Shown here: positions 1 through 8,447 of the stretch, piece by piece | How positions within the stretch are numbered: position 1 is the first letter of the stretch | Layout: each line of letters starts with the position of its first letter | Assembly (NCBI GenBank): GCA_902763555.1 | Contig: CACWSI010000005.1 | Location: forward strand, 1-50,892 | Direction of reading: 5' to 3' | Length of the DNA stretch: 50,892 nt | Origin: an uncultured Erysipelotrichaceae bacterium | GTDB lineage: Bacteria > Bacillota_I > Bacilli_A > RFN20 > CAG-826 | Made by a program: the position numbers and the translations under genes | The notes under the pieces: generated by a model | The model's database searches: none | Told to the model about the DNA's origin: nothing | The model's input: only the letters and a program-made list of their open reading frames with translations

Positions 1-379
1 TGCGACACTCGGTAGCACTTCCTGGGAAGTCGCCACTGGCTTCAAGAGTGGTGGTTCTATGACCTACACAATTAATACCGCTTCTAATGGTAAGTCTGAC
101 GTTGACGTTTACTTAGCCTTAGGCGAAGTCAAAAACGTCCCAATCGATAACCTTATCGACTTCATCACTATCAAGATTAATGGCTTAGCTGTTAAGACCG
201 TTGACTTTGACCTTCCAACTAGTGGTGAATTGCAACAATTAGTGCTTAAAAATACCAACCTCATTAAAGGTGAAAACACATTAGAATTTGCCACTTCCGT
301 TAGTGATGGAAGTGATAACTTCATTATGCCAGCTATCGCCGCTGTCACATTCATTACTGACGTTGCTTTAGCACAATAA
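1..379 (+). CDS. C-terminal part of a protein ending in a CBM6/CBM35-like beta-sandwich (5'-truncated by window edge)
   Basis: Frame is open from base 2 (ATLGSTSWEVATGFKSGGSMTYTIN...) to TAA at 379. The TYTINT...LIKGENTLEF pattern resembles galactose-binding-like modules. A terminator follows. Confidence 0.6.
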   Translation, partial: ATLGSTSWEVATGFKSGGSMTYTINTASNGKSDVDVYLALGEVKNVPIDNLIDFITIKINGLAVKTVDFDLPTSGELQQLVLKNTNLIKGENTLEFATSVSDGSDNFIMPAIAAVTFITDVALAQ

Positions 380-390
380 CCCAATCATTA

Positions 391-424
391 AAAGAGGGCT
401 GCTTCTCGCGGCCCTCTTTCTTTT
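391..424. terminator. Bidirectional intrinsic terminator
   Basis: AAAGAGGGCTGC-TTCTC-GCGGCCCTCTTT hairpin between convergent genes, with A/T flanks. Confidence 0.8.
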
Positions 425-435
425 GCTCTTTTTTA

Positions 436-1079
436 CTACTTTTCCTTGTAGTGGAAGAAACCTATTTTATTTAATAAATAACAGCCCACTAATAAGGTGG
501 CTTGGGCAATGATATTAACTACTTCCTCAATCCAGTTAGCAGCGGTTACACTTAAGTTCATCTTTGTAGATAAAGGCTTCATTGCGCCCATGACCATTAG
601 GCCAATGAAAGAGATGATAAATAACACTAGGCAAAACCATTTCTTGTTCTTAACGGCTAAAAAGCACAAAGTCGTAGCGATCATAATTTCACCAATGACT
701 AGCATTGCGATAAAGGCTACGCTGCCATCAACTTGCTTCGCAGGTGTGGCTAAAACCACTAAAGATAATAATGGTAATGCGCTTACCGCTACTATAGCAT
801 CGTTTTCTTTCTTTTTATTAAATAATAAAGATATTAAACCAACACCAATTAAAACAAAACCAAGAGATTGGGTTGGCATAAACATCACATTGAATGGATA
901 AAAGTCACAGACATTTAATGATAATAATATCTTCCAAATAGCTTTAAATAATCCTGCGGTTAGACTAAGTGTCACACCAGAACAAAGCATTACTGCGAAT
1001 GGCTTTTTTAAAACATTAAACATATTAAGTCCACAATACCCATGATCAAAGAATAATCTTCAGCAAAATGTTCGCCCAT
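436..1079 (-). pseudogene. Multi-pass membrane protein with frameshift near the 5' end
   Basis: SD AGGTG plus ATG at 1079 gives MGEHFAEDYSLIMGIVDLI then a stop at 1010-1008. The hydrophobic body (MFNVLKKPFAV..., 1023-436) is in another frame and has no SD. Confidence 0.6.
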
Positions 1080-1188
1080 AATATCACCTACGTCAATCAC
1101 TATTATTATATTAAGAAATGAATTATCAAGTAAGTGAATAGAGTTTTATACAATAATTGAGATATAATAAAACCAATAAAGAATACAT

Positions 1189-1875
1189 ATGAATTTAGCT
1201 AAAAGTATCATCAAGATATTAATTAAAGTCGCTTTAGTAGTAATGGGTGTTTTAGGCATTGTTTTAACCGCTCAATCATCAGAGTTCATGGGTGGTGGAT
1301 CAGTGTTCTTCTTTTTCACTGTTCAATCAAACATCTTCATCATGTTGATGGCGCTTATCTTCCTAGTTAACGAAGTAGAAGTGCTTATTGCTAAAAAGAG
1401 TTTTATTAACCAAGTATTACTTCATATCAAATATGTCGCTACTATAGCGATTACAATTACATTCTTAGTGTTCTTTACAATGCTTGCACCAATAATGGGT
1501 GTGGATTATTTATTATCGTTTAAGAACTTCGCGTTACACGCGATTGTACCTATCTTAGCCATAGTGGATTTCTTCTTATTTGATAAAGACATTCAGCTCA
1601 CTTATAAAAGTTCTTTATTAGCCACTATAGCGCCTATTTGCTATGTTGCATTTGTTTATATCGGTTCAATATTTAAAATCCAATACACCAAGGATCTCTA
1701 TTATCCATATTTCTTCTTAAATGTGGACACTAATGGATTCTTCTTTGAAAAAGGCACAATGGGTATTATCCCTTGGATTATTATACTTTTAGGTTTCATA
1801 ATTGGACTAGGGTGCTTGTTCTGCCTATTTATGAAGCTAAGACAAAAAGCAGGTAATAAAAAGCCATCTAACTAA
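1189..1875 (+). CDS. Pr6Pr-family integral membrane protein
   Basis: About 6 TM segments with FFTVQSN, HAIVP and YPYFFLN motifs. Confidence 0.75.
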   Translation: MNLAKSIIKILIKVALVVMGVLGIVLTAQSSEFMGGGSVFFFFTVQSNIFIMLMALIFLVNEVEVLIAKKSFINQVLLHIKYVATIAITITFLVFFTMLAPIMGVDYLLSFKNFALHAIVPILAIVDFFLFDKDIQLTYKSSLLATIAPICYVAFVYIGSIFKIQYTKDLYYPYFFLNVDTNGFFFEKGTMGIIPWIIILLGFIIGLGCLFCLFMKLRQKAGNKKPSN

Positions 1876-1892
1876 TAGATGGCTATTTCTTT
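1862..1892. terminator. Bidirectional intrinsic terminator
   Basis: AGCCATCTA-ACTAA-TAGATGGCT hairpin between convergent genes. Confidence 0.75.
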
Positions 1893-1906
1893 ATTTATTT
1901 CAATAT

Positions 1907-2206
1907 TTATTGTTCGATTTTAAGAATGTTATCAAAACCAGACATCGTAAAGACATCCAAGACATTTTCATTTGGATGACGGATAATGACTTCACCTTTA
2001 TCCCCTATAGTTTTGCGTGCCGCTAATAAGACACGTAAACCAGCGGAAGAAATATAGTTAACTTTAGTGAAATCAAAAACTAAAGAATTGATATTGTTTA
2101 ATGAATCACATATTTGATCATTTAATTCAGGTGCAGATGTGCTATCGATACTTCCATCGACTGCAACGAAAAGTTCATTACCTGAAAGTTGCTTTGTCAC
2201 ATTCAT
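1907..2206 (-). CDS. STAS-domain anti-sigma factor antagonist
   Basis: G-x-ID...SAPEL, DFTKVNYISSAGLRVLL with phosphoacceptor Ser, and VFTMSGF. SD GAGGGG upstream. Confidence 0.88.
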   Translation of the reverse strand: MNVTKQLSGNELFVAVDGSIDSTSAPELNDQICDSLNNINSLVFDFTKVNYISSAGLRVLLAARKTIGDKGEVIIRHPNENVLDVFTMSGFDNILKIEQ

Positions 2207-2383
2207 AAAATCTATCCCCCTCTTAATGAAAGAAACTTTATATTTTTATTAAACACGCGCATACACAAAAAGTCAAAAAGTAATTTGAATCAAAATAAGA
2301 ATAAAGATTATCTATAAAGTCACCCTAATCCGGATGGCTTTTTATTTATTTCTAATAAAAAGTTTTCTATAATGAAATCAAAG

Positions 2384-2800
2384 ATGGAAAACTTCAATTT
2401 ACTTCAGATTACCACGCTTAAAGGTGCAACTTTTTACTTAGACAATACAATGACTGTGAGACAAGCTTTTGAAAAGTTTGCATATCACAAATTTACTGTT
2501 GTTCCTGTCCTAGATGGGAACGGTCATTATGTTACTTCCTTATCAGAAGGTGACATCTTAAGATTCATCCACGCTAGTGGTGGCTTTAATCTCGCTTTAG
2601 CGGAACAAACAAACATCTTAGAAATTGAAAGATATCGTCCATATAATGCTGTCTCAGTAGACGCTACTTTAGATGAACTCTATGCTCTTGCGTTATCACA
2701 AAACTTCATCCCAGTCGTGGATGATAGAGAAGTCTTTATTGGTATCGTTAAAAGAAGAGATGTCTTCATCTATTTAAAGAAACAAATTGATAATAAATAA
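2384..2800 (+). CDS. Tandem CBS-domain protein (YkuL/DarB/CbpB-like)
   Basis: TVRQAFEK...VPVLD...SEGDILR and NFIPVVDDREVFIGIVKRRD. Start is 2384 or 2372. Confidence 0.8.
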   Translation: MENFNLLQITTLKGATFYLDNTMTVRQAFEKFAYHKFTVVPVLDGNGHYVTSLSEGDILRFIHASGGFNLALAEQTNILEIERYRPYNAVSVDATLDELYALALSQNFIPVVDDREVFIGIVKRRDVFIYLKKQIDNK

Positions 2801-2816
2801 CTAAGAGGAAATAAAT

Positions 2817-3990
2817 ATGCTCTTCATTAAGAAATGGTATTATCGCATTTACCAAAAAGTTTTAAAAATTGCGATGTGTTTTATGGACTGGAAAGAGCCT
2901 CAACTTTTAGAAGGTGAAGGCGCTGATAAATAGAGTTTTAGTGGTTACTGATAAAGGCTTAATGAGCATTCACTTATTAGATCCATTATTTGAGCAACTT
3001 AAGGCACACGGTATTGAATATTTTGTCTATGATGGCGTTCAACCAAACCCCACAATTCCTAATATAGAGCATTGTCGAGATATGTATTTAGATAATAACT
3101 GTGAAGGTATTATTGCCTTTGGTGGTGGTTCTCCAATGGATTGCGCTAAAGCTGCAGCCGCAAGAGTGGCTAAACCAAAGAAATCAGTAAGAAAAATGAG
3201 AGGGTATTTAAAGGTTGGTAAAAAGCTTCCTCCGTTCTTTGCGGTGCCAACAACCGCCGGTACAGGTTCTGAAACAACGGTGGCAGCAGTTGTAACTGAT
3301 CCAGAAACTCATGAAAAGAATGCTATTTCTGATCCATGCTTAAGACCTAAATATGCAGTTTTAGATCCCGCTTTAACAATAGGCTTACCTCCACATATCA
3401 CATCCACAACAGGCATGGATGCGATGACTCATGCTGTAGAAGCCTATATTGGTAAAAGCAATGTGAAGTCCACAATTAGATATGCAGAAGATGCTACAAA
3501 ACTAATTCACGATAATTTAGAAAAAGCTTATAACAACGGTAAAGATATGGAAGCTAGAGAAAATATGCTAAAAGCATCTTTCTATGCTGGTAGTGCTTTT
3601 ACAAGAGCGTTCGTCGGCTATGTACACGCTATCGCACATAACCTAGGTGGTTTATATAACACTCCTCATGGTCTAGCTAATGCTGTTATTCTTCCATATG
3701 TTTTAGATTGGTATGGTTCCTCAGTTTATAAGAAGTTAGCGAAACTCGCTGATATCATTGGTATCACTAAAGAAAACATGAGCAATGAAGAAAAGGCTAA
3801 GGCCTTTATTGCTGAACTTAGAAGAATGAACAAGGCAATGAATATTCCAGATAAATTCGACTTCATTAAAGAAGAGGATTTACCAACACTCATAAAGCGT
3901 GCACTTAAAGAAGGCAATCCAGGTTATCCAGTTCCAAAAATCATGGATGAAAAAGAATGTGAAAAAGTCATTCGTTCATTCATGAAATGA
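2817..3990 (+). pseudogene. Iron-containing alcohol dehydrogenase, frameshifted near codon 37
   Basis: SD GAGGA plus ATG 2817 gives MLFIKKWYYRIYQKV...EPQLLEGEGA then TAG 2931-2933. The catalytic body (INRVLVVTDKG, GGGSPMD, PTTAGTGSE, DAMTHAVE, HAIAH, HG) is in the +1 frame. Confidence 0.75.
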
Positions 3991-4008
3991 TGTTATAGTA
4001 TTTCAGTT

Positions 4009-4677
4009 ATGAAAAAGAAAGCCAAAGTCACAATAATTGTTGTGTCCGCTTTAGTGGGCTCATTAGTGGTCACCGCTAGTGTTCCTTTGATGGTTGATGC
4101 AGTTAAAACAAATAGCCTAAACGCAGATTATTCCTATTTAAGAAATGATGCTAATTATAAAGATAAAGTAGAAGTCACAGGATTAGAGTTAGTTACTCAA
4201 CACGTTTCATGTGGCTACGCTACGATCGAAATGATTTCTGGTTTCTATGGTAACAAGGTTACTGAAGATGATTTAGATTCTCGCAATAGTGCGGTTTCCA
4301 CTCAAACATCTAAAGGTTTCTTAGATGAAATAAATAAATCTATTCCATCACATAACTTTATTAAACGTTCTTATTTAAAACATGACGCTTTATTAAAAGA
4401 AGTTCATGACGCGATTAAAGATAATAAGCCAGTAGCCCTCGAATGGGCGGCTAAATATGAAAACGAATGGACTCTTCATTTCTCAGTAGTAAGCGCTATT
4501 GATTTAGCTAATGACAAAGTCACCATCTATAATCCATATGGCTATATTGAAAATATTGAAGTAAAAGAGTTTGTTGATCGTACATCTTTTAAGGACTATA
4601 AAGGTATGCCATTATTCTATAATTACGCATTCGCTTTTGGCATGTTTGATAAGAACACAATTTTCTACGCAAAGTAA
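4009..4677 (+). CDS. Membrane-anchored papain-like (C39-like) cysteine peptidase
   Basis: N-terminal basic plus hydrophobic anchor; Q-HVS-C-G, LHFSVV and VTIYNPY (Cys/His/Asn). Confidence 0.7.
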   Translation: MKKKAKVTIIVVSALVGSLVVTASVPLMVDAVKTNSLNADYSYLRNDANYKDKVEVTGLELVTQHVSCGYATIEMISGFYGNKVTEDDLDSRNSAVSTQTSKGFLDEINKSIPSHNFIKRSYLKHDALLKEVHDAIKDNKPVALEWAAKYENEWTLHFSVVSAIDLANDKVTIYNPYGYIENIEVKEFVDRTSFKDYKGMPLFYNYAFAFGMFDKNTIFYAK

Positions 4678-4702
4678 CTTGTTTTGTTAAGAATCTTAAA
4701 AT

Positions 4703-4727
4703 AATCACTCTATTGGGTGATTTTTTC
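4703..4727 (+). terminator. Intrinsic terminator
   Basis: AATCACTC-TATT-GGGTGATT followed by a T run. Confidence 0.7.
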
Positions 4728-4795
4728 ATTTACTTATATATTTGATACCTTATAATAAATAGGCATAAAGAATATACCGAAAGGAAGTAAAAGGT

Positions 4796-6217
4796 ATGAA
4801 ATATATTACCGTATTAGAAGCTAGTGAAAAATGGGGAATTAATGAAAGAAGAGTTCGTGCTCTTTTAAAAGAGCAGAGGATTGAAGGCGCAATTCTTAAA
4901 GGCCATAAGTACTTTATACCGGAAAATGCACCAAAACCATTAGATCGCAGAATCAAGGGACAAAGGCTCTTTGAAGATTCTCCTTTAAAAGATATAAATT
5001 TTGACTTCAAGAATTACCGTAAACAATTTCCAACAGATGATGGATACTTTGGTCGTTACGGGGGTAGCTTTGTCCCTCTTAAATTACAAAAGGCCATGGA
5101 CGAGATTTACTATGGCTATCAAACAATTGCTAAATCATCTAAATTCATCGCTGAACTTAGAGAGATTAGAAAGAATTATCAAGGTCGTCCTACACCTGTG
5201 TATCACTGCCAAAACTTATCAAATTACTTAGGACGTGTACAGATTTACCTCAAAAGAGAAGACCTTAATCATGGTGGTGCACATAAGTTAAATAATGCGA
5301 TGGGCCAAGCCTTATTAGCTAAGTATTTAGGCAAGAAAAAACTCATTGCCGAAACAGGCGCTGGTAGTCATGGTTCTGCAGTCGCTATGGCGGCAGCATA
5401 CTTTGGTTTAAAGTGTGATATTTATATGGGCGAAGTTGATATGGAAAAACAAGCGCCTAACGTTAAACGTATCGAAGTATTAGGCGCTAGAGTGGTACCA
5501 GTTAAGTTTGGTACAAGAACATTAAAAGAAGCAGTGGATGCCGCTTTTGAAGCATATATGAAAGAATATAAAGACGCATTCTATGTCATCGGTAGTGCCG
5601 TTGGTCCTCATCCATATCCATTAATGGTCAGAGACTTCCAAGAAGTCATCGGTAGAGAAGCCAAAGAACAATTCTTAGAAATGACAGGTGAATTACCAGA
5701 TATTGTTACCGCTTGTGTTGGTGGTGGAAGTAACGCTATTGGTATGTTTGAAGCTTTCTTAGACGAACCAGTTAATATCGTTGGTGTTGAAGCCATGGGT
5801 ACTGGTAAAGAAATTGGTAAAAATAGTGCCACTATGACATTAGGCAAAGAAATGGTCTTACATGGCTTTAATTCATATGTTCTTCAAAATGAAGATGGTA
5901 CAGCGGGTGATGCTTATTCCATCGCTAGTGGATTAGACTATCCAGGTGTTGGTCCAGAACATGCTTTCTTAAAAGATATCGGTCGTGTTAAATACGAATC
6001 AATCACTGATGATGAAGCCGCAGAAGCCTTCTTCTTATTATCAAGATTAGAAGGTATTATCCCTGCCATCGAATCAAGTCATGCTTTGGCATATGCGATC
6101 AAATGCGCTAGAAATATGAAGAGTGGTTCCATTCTTGTTAATTTAAGTGGCCGTGGTGATAAGGATATGGATTTCATGTTAGAGAAATATCCTCACATGT
6201 TCTTGGACGCAAAATAG
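4796..6217 (+). CDS. trpB: Tryptophan synthase beta subunit with N-terminal HTH DNA-binding domain
   Basis: [19 protein letters not shown] (PLP Lys), [39 protein letters not shown]. The first ~55 aa are an excisionase/HTH_17-like domain. Confidence 0.92.
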   Translation: MKYITVLEASEKWGINERRVRALLKEQRIEGAILKGHKYFIPENAPKPLDRRIKGQRLFEDSPLKDINFDFKNYRKQFPTDDGYFGRYGGSFVPLKLQKAMDEIYYGYQTIAKSSKFIAELREIRKNYQGRPTPVYHCQNLSNYLGRVQIYLKREDLNHGGAHKLNNAMGQALLAKYLGKKKLIAETGAGSHGSAVAMAAAYFGLKCDIYMGEVDMEKQAPNVKRIEVLGARVVPVKFGTRTLKEAVDAAFEAYMKEYKDAFYVIGSAVGPHPYPLMVRDFQEVIGREAKEQFLEMTGELPDIVTACVGGGSNAIGMFEAFLDEPVNIVGVEAMGTGKEIGKNSATMTLGKEMVLHGFNSYVLQNEDGTAGDAYSIASGLDYPGVGPEHAFLKDIGRVKYESITDDEAAEAFFLLSRLEGIIPAIESSHALAYAIKCARNMKSGSILVNLSGRGDKDMDFMLEKYPHMFLDAK

Positions 6218-6240
6218 CTTTTATATAATAAAATCCTTTC

Positions 6241-6268
6241 AAAGAGGGCTACTTCGGTAGTCCTTTTT
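6241..6268 (+). terminator. Intrinsic terminator after trpB
   Basis: AAAGAGGGCTAC-TTCG-GTAGTCCTTTTT. Confidence 0.85.
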
Positions 6269-6317
6269 GTTGCATACGCGCTTACAAAGTGGGAAACTAA
6301 TAACGAGGATTTAATCT

Positions 6318-7367
6318 ATGAAAAAAATATTAGCTCGTTTAGCGCTTATTTCTTTTGCGCTCATTACTGCAGCTTGTGGTAATAAAGGCTCATCATCTGA
6401 GACTTCTTCTTCAGTGGAACCATCTATTTCTTCTGACACGTCTATGCCAAGCTCAAATAGCTTAGCCCCTTCTAGTTCTGATCCTAAGATTGTTGATAAT
6501 CAATTATCCGCGTCAAACGGACTTAAAGTTTACTTTAAAGAACAAGGTGCTAGAATCGATAAAATCGAATTTGATGGAAAACAAATCGCTAAAGATGGTT
6601 TTACCGTTGGTAGAGTCGCTAATCGTATCGCAGGTGGTAAATTCACTTTAAATGGTACTCAATATAGTGTTACCAAAAACGATGGTAATAACTCTCTTCA
6701 TGGCGGTGGTAGATCATGGCAAGGACCATTTGCCATAACAAACTGGAAGAAAGAAGAACAAACAATTAATTCAATTAAGTATTCTATCGTTTCGCAAGAT
6801 AAAGATAATGGTTATCCAGGTGAAATGAAGATGTTTGTGACATATACACTTTCTGAGACTGGTGAATTGTCAATTGAATATAGTGCGACAACTACACAAG
6901 ATACACTTTGTAATCCAACCAACCACCTATTCATTGATATCAATGGTAGTCGTAGTTATTCCAATGTTAAATTACAAATTGCGGGTAGTAATTACACACC
7001 ATTAGACAACAATAAAATTCCAACAGGTGAAGTTAAATCAGCTGCTGGCACAAAGTTTGATTATATTGATGAAAAAGCTTTCAAGAGTAGTGAGAGCTAT
7101 GATGATAACTATGTTCTAGATAAAGAAAAAGGTGCATTTGGCAAGGCCGCAACATTAACTGGAACACAATATAAAGTCGATGTCTATACCGATAGGCCAG
7201 GCTTACAGCTTTATAAAGATGGTAGTGGCAATATCTGTTTAGAAACACAGATGATGCCTGACGCTATCAATCATCCAGAATTTGATAAATATGGTACAAC
7301 CGTCTTAAAAGCAGGTGAAACATTCACCTCTAAAACTACATATCACTTCAGTAAATTAGGAGCGTAA
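6318..7367 (+). CDS. galM: Lipoprotein aldose 1-epimerase (mutarotase)
   Basis: Lipobox ITAAC and Ser-rich linker; GRVANRI, SLHGG, GYPG, NPTNH, YDDNY, CLETQ motifs. Confidence 0.85.
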   Translation: MKKILARLALISFALITAACGNKGSSSETSSSVEPSISSDTSMPSSNSLAPSSSDPKIVDNQLSASNGLKVYFKEQGARIDKIEFDGKQIAKDGFTVGRVANRIAGGKFTLNGTQYSVTKNDGNNSLHGGGRSWQGPFAITNWKKEEQTINSIKYSIVSQDKDNGYPGEMKMFVTYTLSETGELSIEYSATTTQDTLCNPTNHLFIDINGSRSYSNVKLQIAGSNYTPLDNNKIPTGEVKSAAGTKFDYIDEKAFKSSESYDDNYVLDKEKGAFGKAATLTGTQYKVDVYTDRPGLQLYKDGSGNICLETQMMPDAINHPEFDKYGTTVLKAGETFTSKTTYHFSKLGA

Positions 7368-7369
7368 TT

Positions 7370-8284
7370 ATGAAAAAATTAACTCTGTTAAGTGTCGCAC
7401 TTTTTGCGGTTTTATCAACCGGCTGTAATCAAGCTGAAGAATATGATTTTTATATCGATGATTCTGATGCTTGGCACACATTCATCGAAGGCGAAAATTT
7501 CAACTCTGATGGTTTAGGGGTCTATTTAAGAGGCGCCAAATCCGGAAAGTTAAAACCCGTTGAGTTTGAAGTAGAAAATGGTGAAAACCTAACTGCTGGT
7601 CAAGCCAGTGTCACTATTAAATATGGAGAGTATTCCGCTGAATATCCAATCACAGTGAAGAAAGAATATCACATTGCTTGTGTTGGTGATTCACTTACTG
7701 CCGGCCATTATTGGGCTAATGAATCATACCCAACATTCTTAGGCCAAACAGTGGATGCTAAATACAAAGTTGGTAACTTCGGTGTCAACGGAATTAGTAT
7801 CACTGGTTATGGTGGCTCATTTAGTTCTACAGCCCCAAATCAACGCTATATTAAGCAAGACGTGTATACAAATTGCGTCAATTATGAACCTGATGTCTTT
7901 GCTATTATGTTAGGCACAAACGATGCTACTGAATGGTCAAAAGCGGAACCAACATTTACTAGTGAATATAAGATTCTTCTTGATTCATTTATTGAACAAT
8001 TCCCAAGAGCGAAATTCATCATCATGGTTTCTCCACCAGTCGTGACTCCAAACCAATTCGGCATCCCAAATGATGAGATTAGAGATTATGTTAATCCTAT
8101 TCAAAGAGAACTTGCAGAAGAGTACGGTTTTGAAAAACTCGACTTAAGAGAAGAATTTGAAGCAAATCCTAATTTTGCCACTGAATACTTAAGACCAAAT
8201 AACGATAACGTTCACTTCACTAAAGCGGGTGCTCAATTTGTCGCTGGTAGAGTCTGGGATATCGCTAAAGAGTTCAAGTTATAA
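7370..8284 (+). CDS. Lipoprotein SGNH/GDSL esterase with Ig-like domain
   Basis: Lipobox LSTGC; IACVGDSLT, NFGVNG, MLGTND and DNVHF blocks. Confidence 0.85.
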   Translation: MKKLTLLSVALFAVLSTGCNQAEEYDFYIDDSDAWHTFIEGENFNSDGLGVYLRGAKSGKLKPVEFEVENGENLTAGQASVTIKYGEYSAEYPITVKKEYHIACVGDSLTAGHYWANESYPTFLGQTVDAKYKVGNFGVNGISITGYGGSFSSTAPNQRYIKQDVYTNCVNYEPDVFAIMLGTNDATEWSKAEPTFTSEYKILLDSFIEQFPRAKFIIMVSPPVVTPNQFGIPNDEIRDYVNPIQRELAEEYGFEKLDLREEFEANPNFATEYLRPNNDNVHFTKAGAQFVAGRVWDIAKEFKL

Positions 8285-8447
8285 AAAATTTTAATAAAAA
8301 TATTTTTTTGCCACGAAATAGGTTTATAATACAAGCACTAGCCTCTTAATTTAAGAGAAATGGCATAAATAATAGGTTAATAAATACGTGAAGAATTAAA
8401 ACTTCCGTATTTATTATTTTACGCACATTATATATAATGATTGCACT

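Noticed and set aside
2905-2935. Programmed frameshift in the Fe-ADH gene
   Set aside because: No slippery run or stimulatory structure, and a conserved helix appears to be missing, which fits a deletion better.
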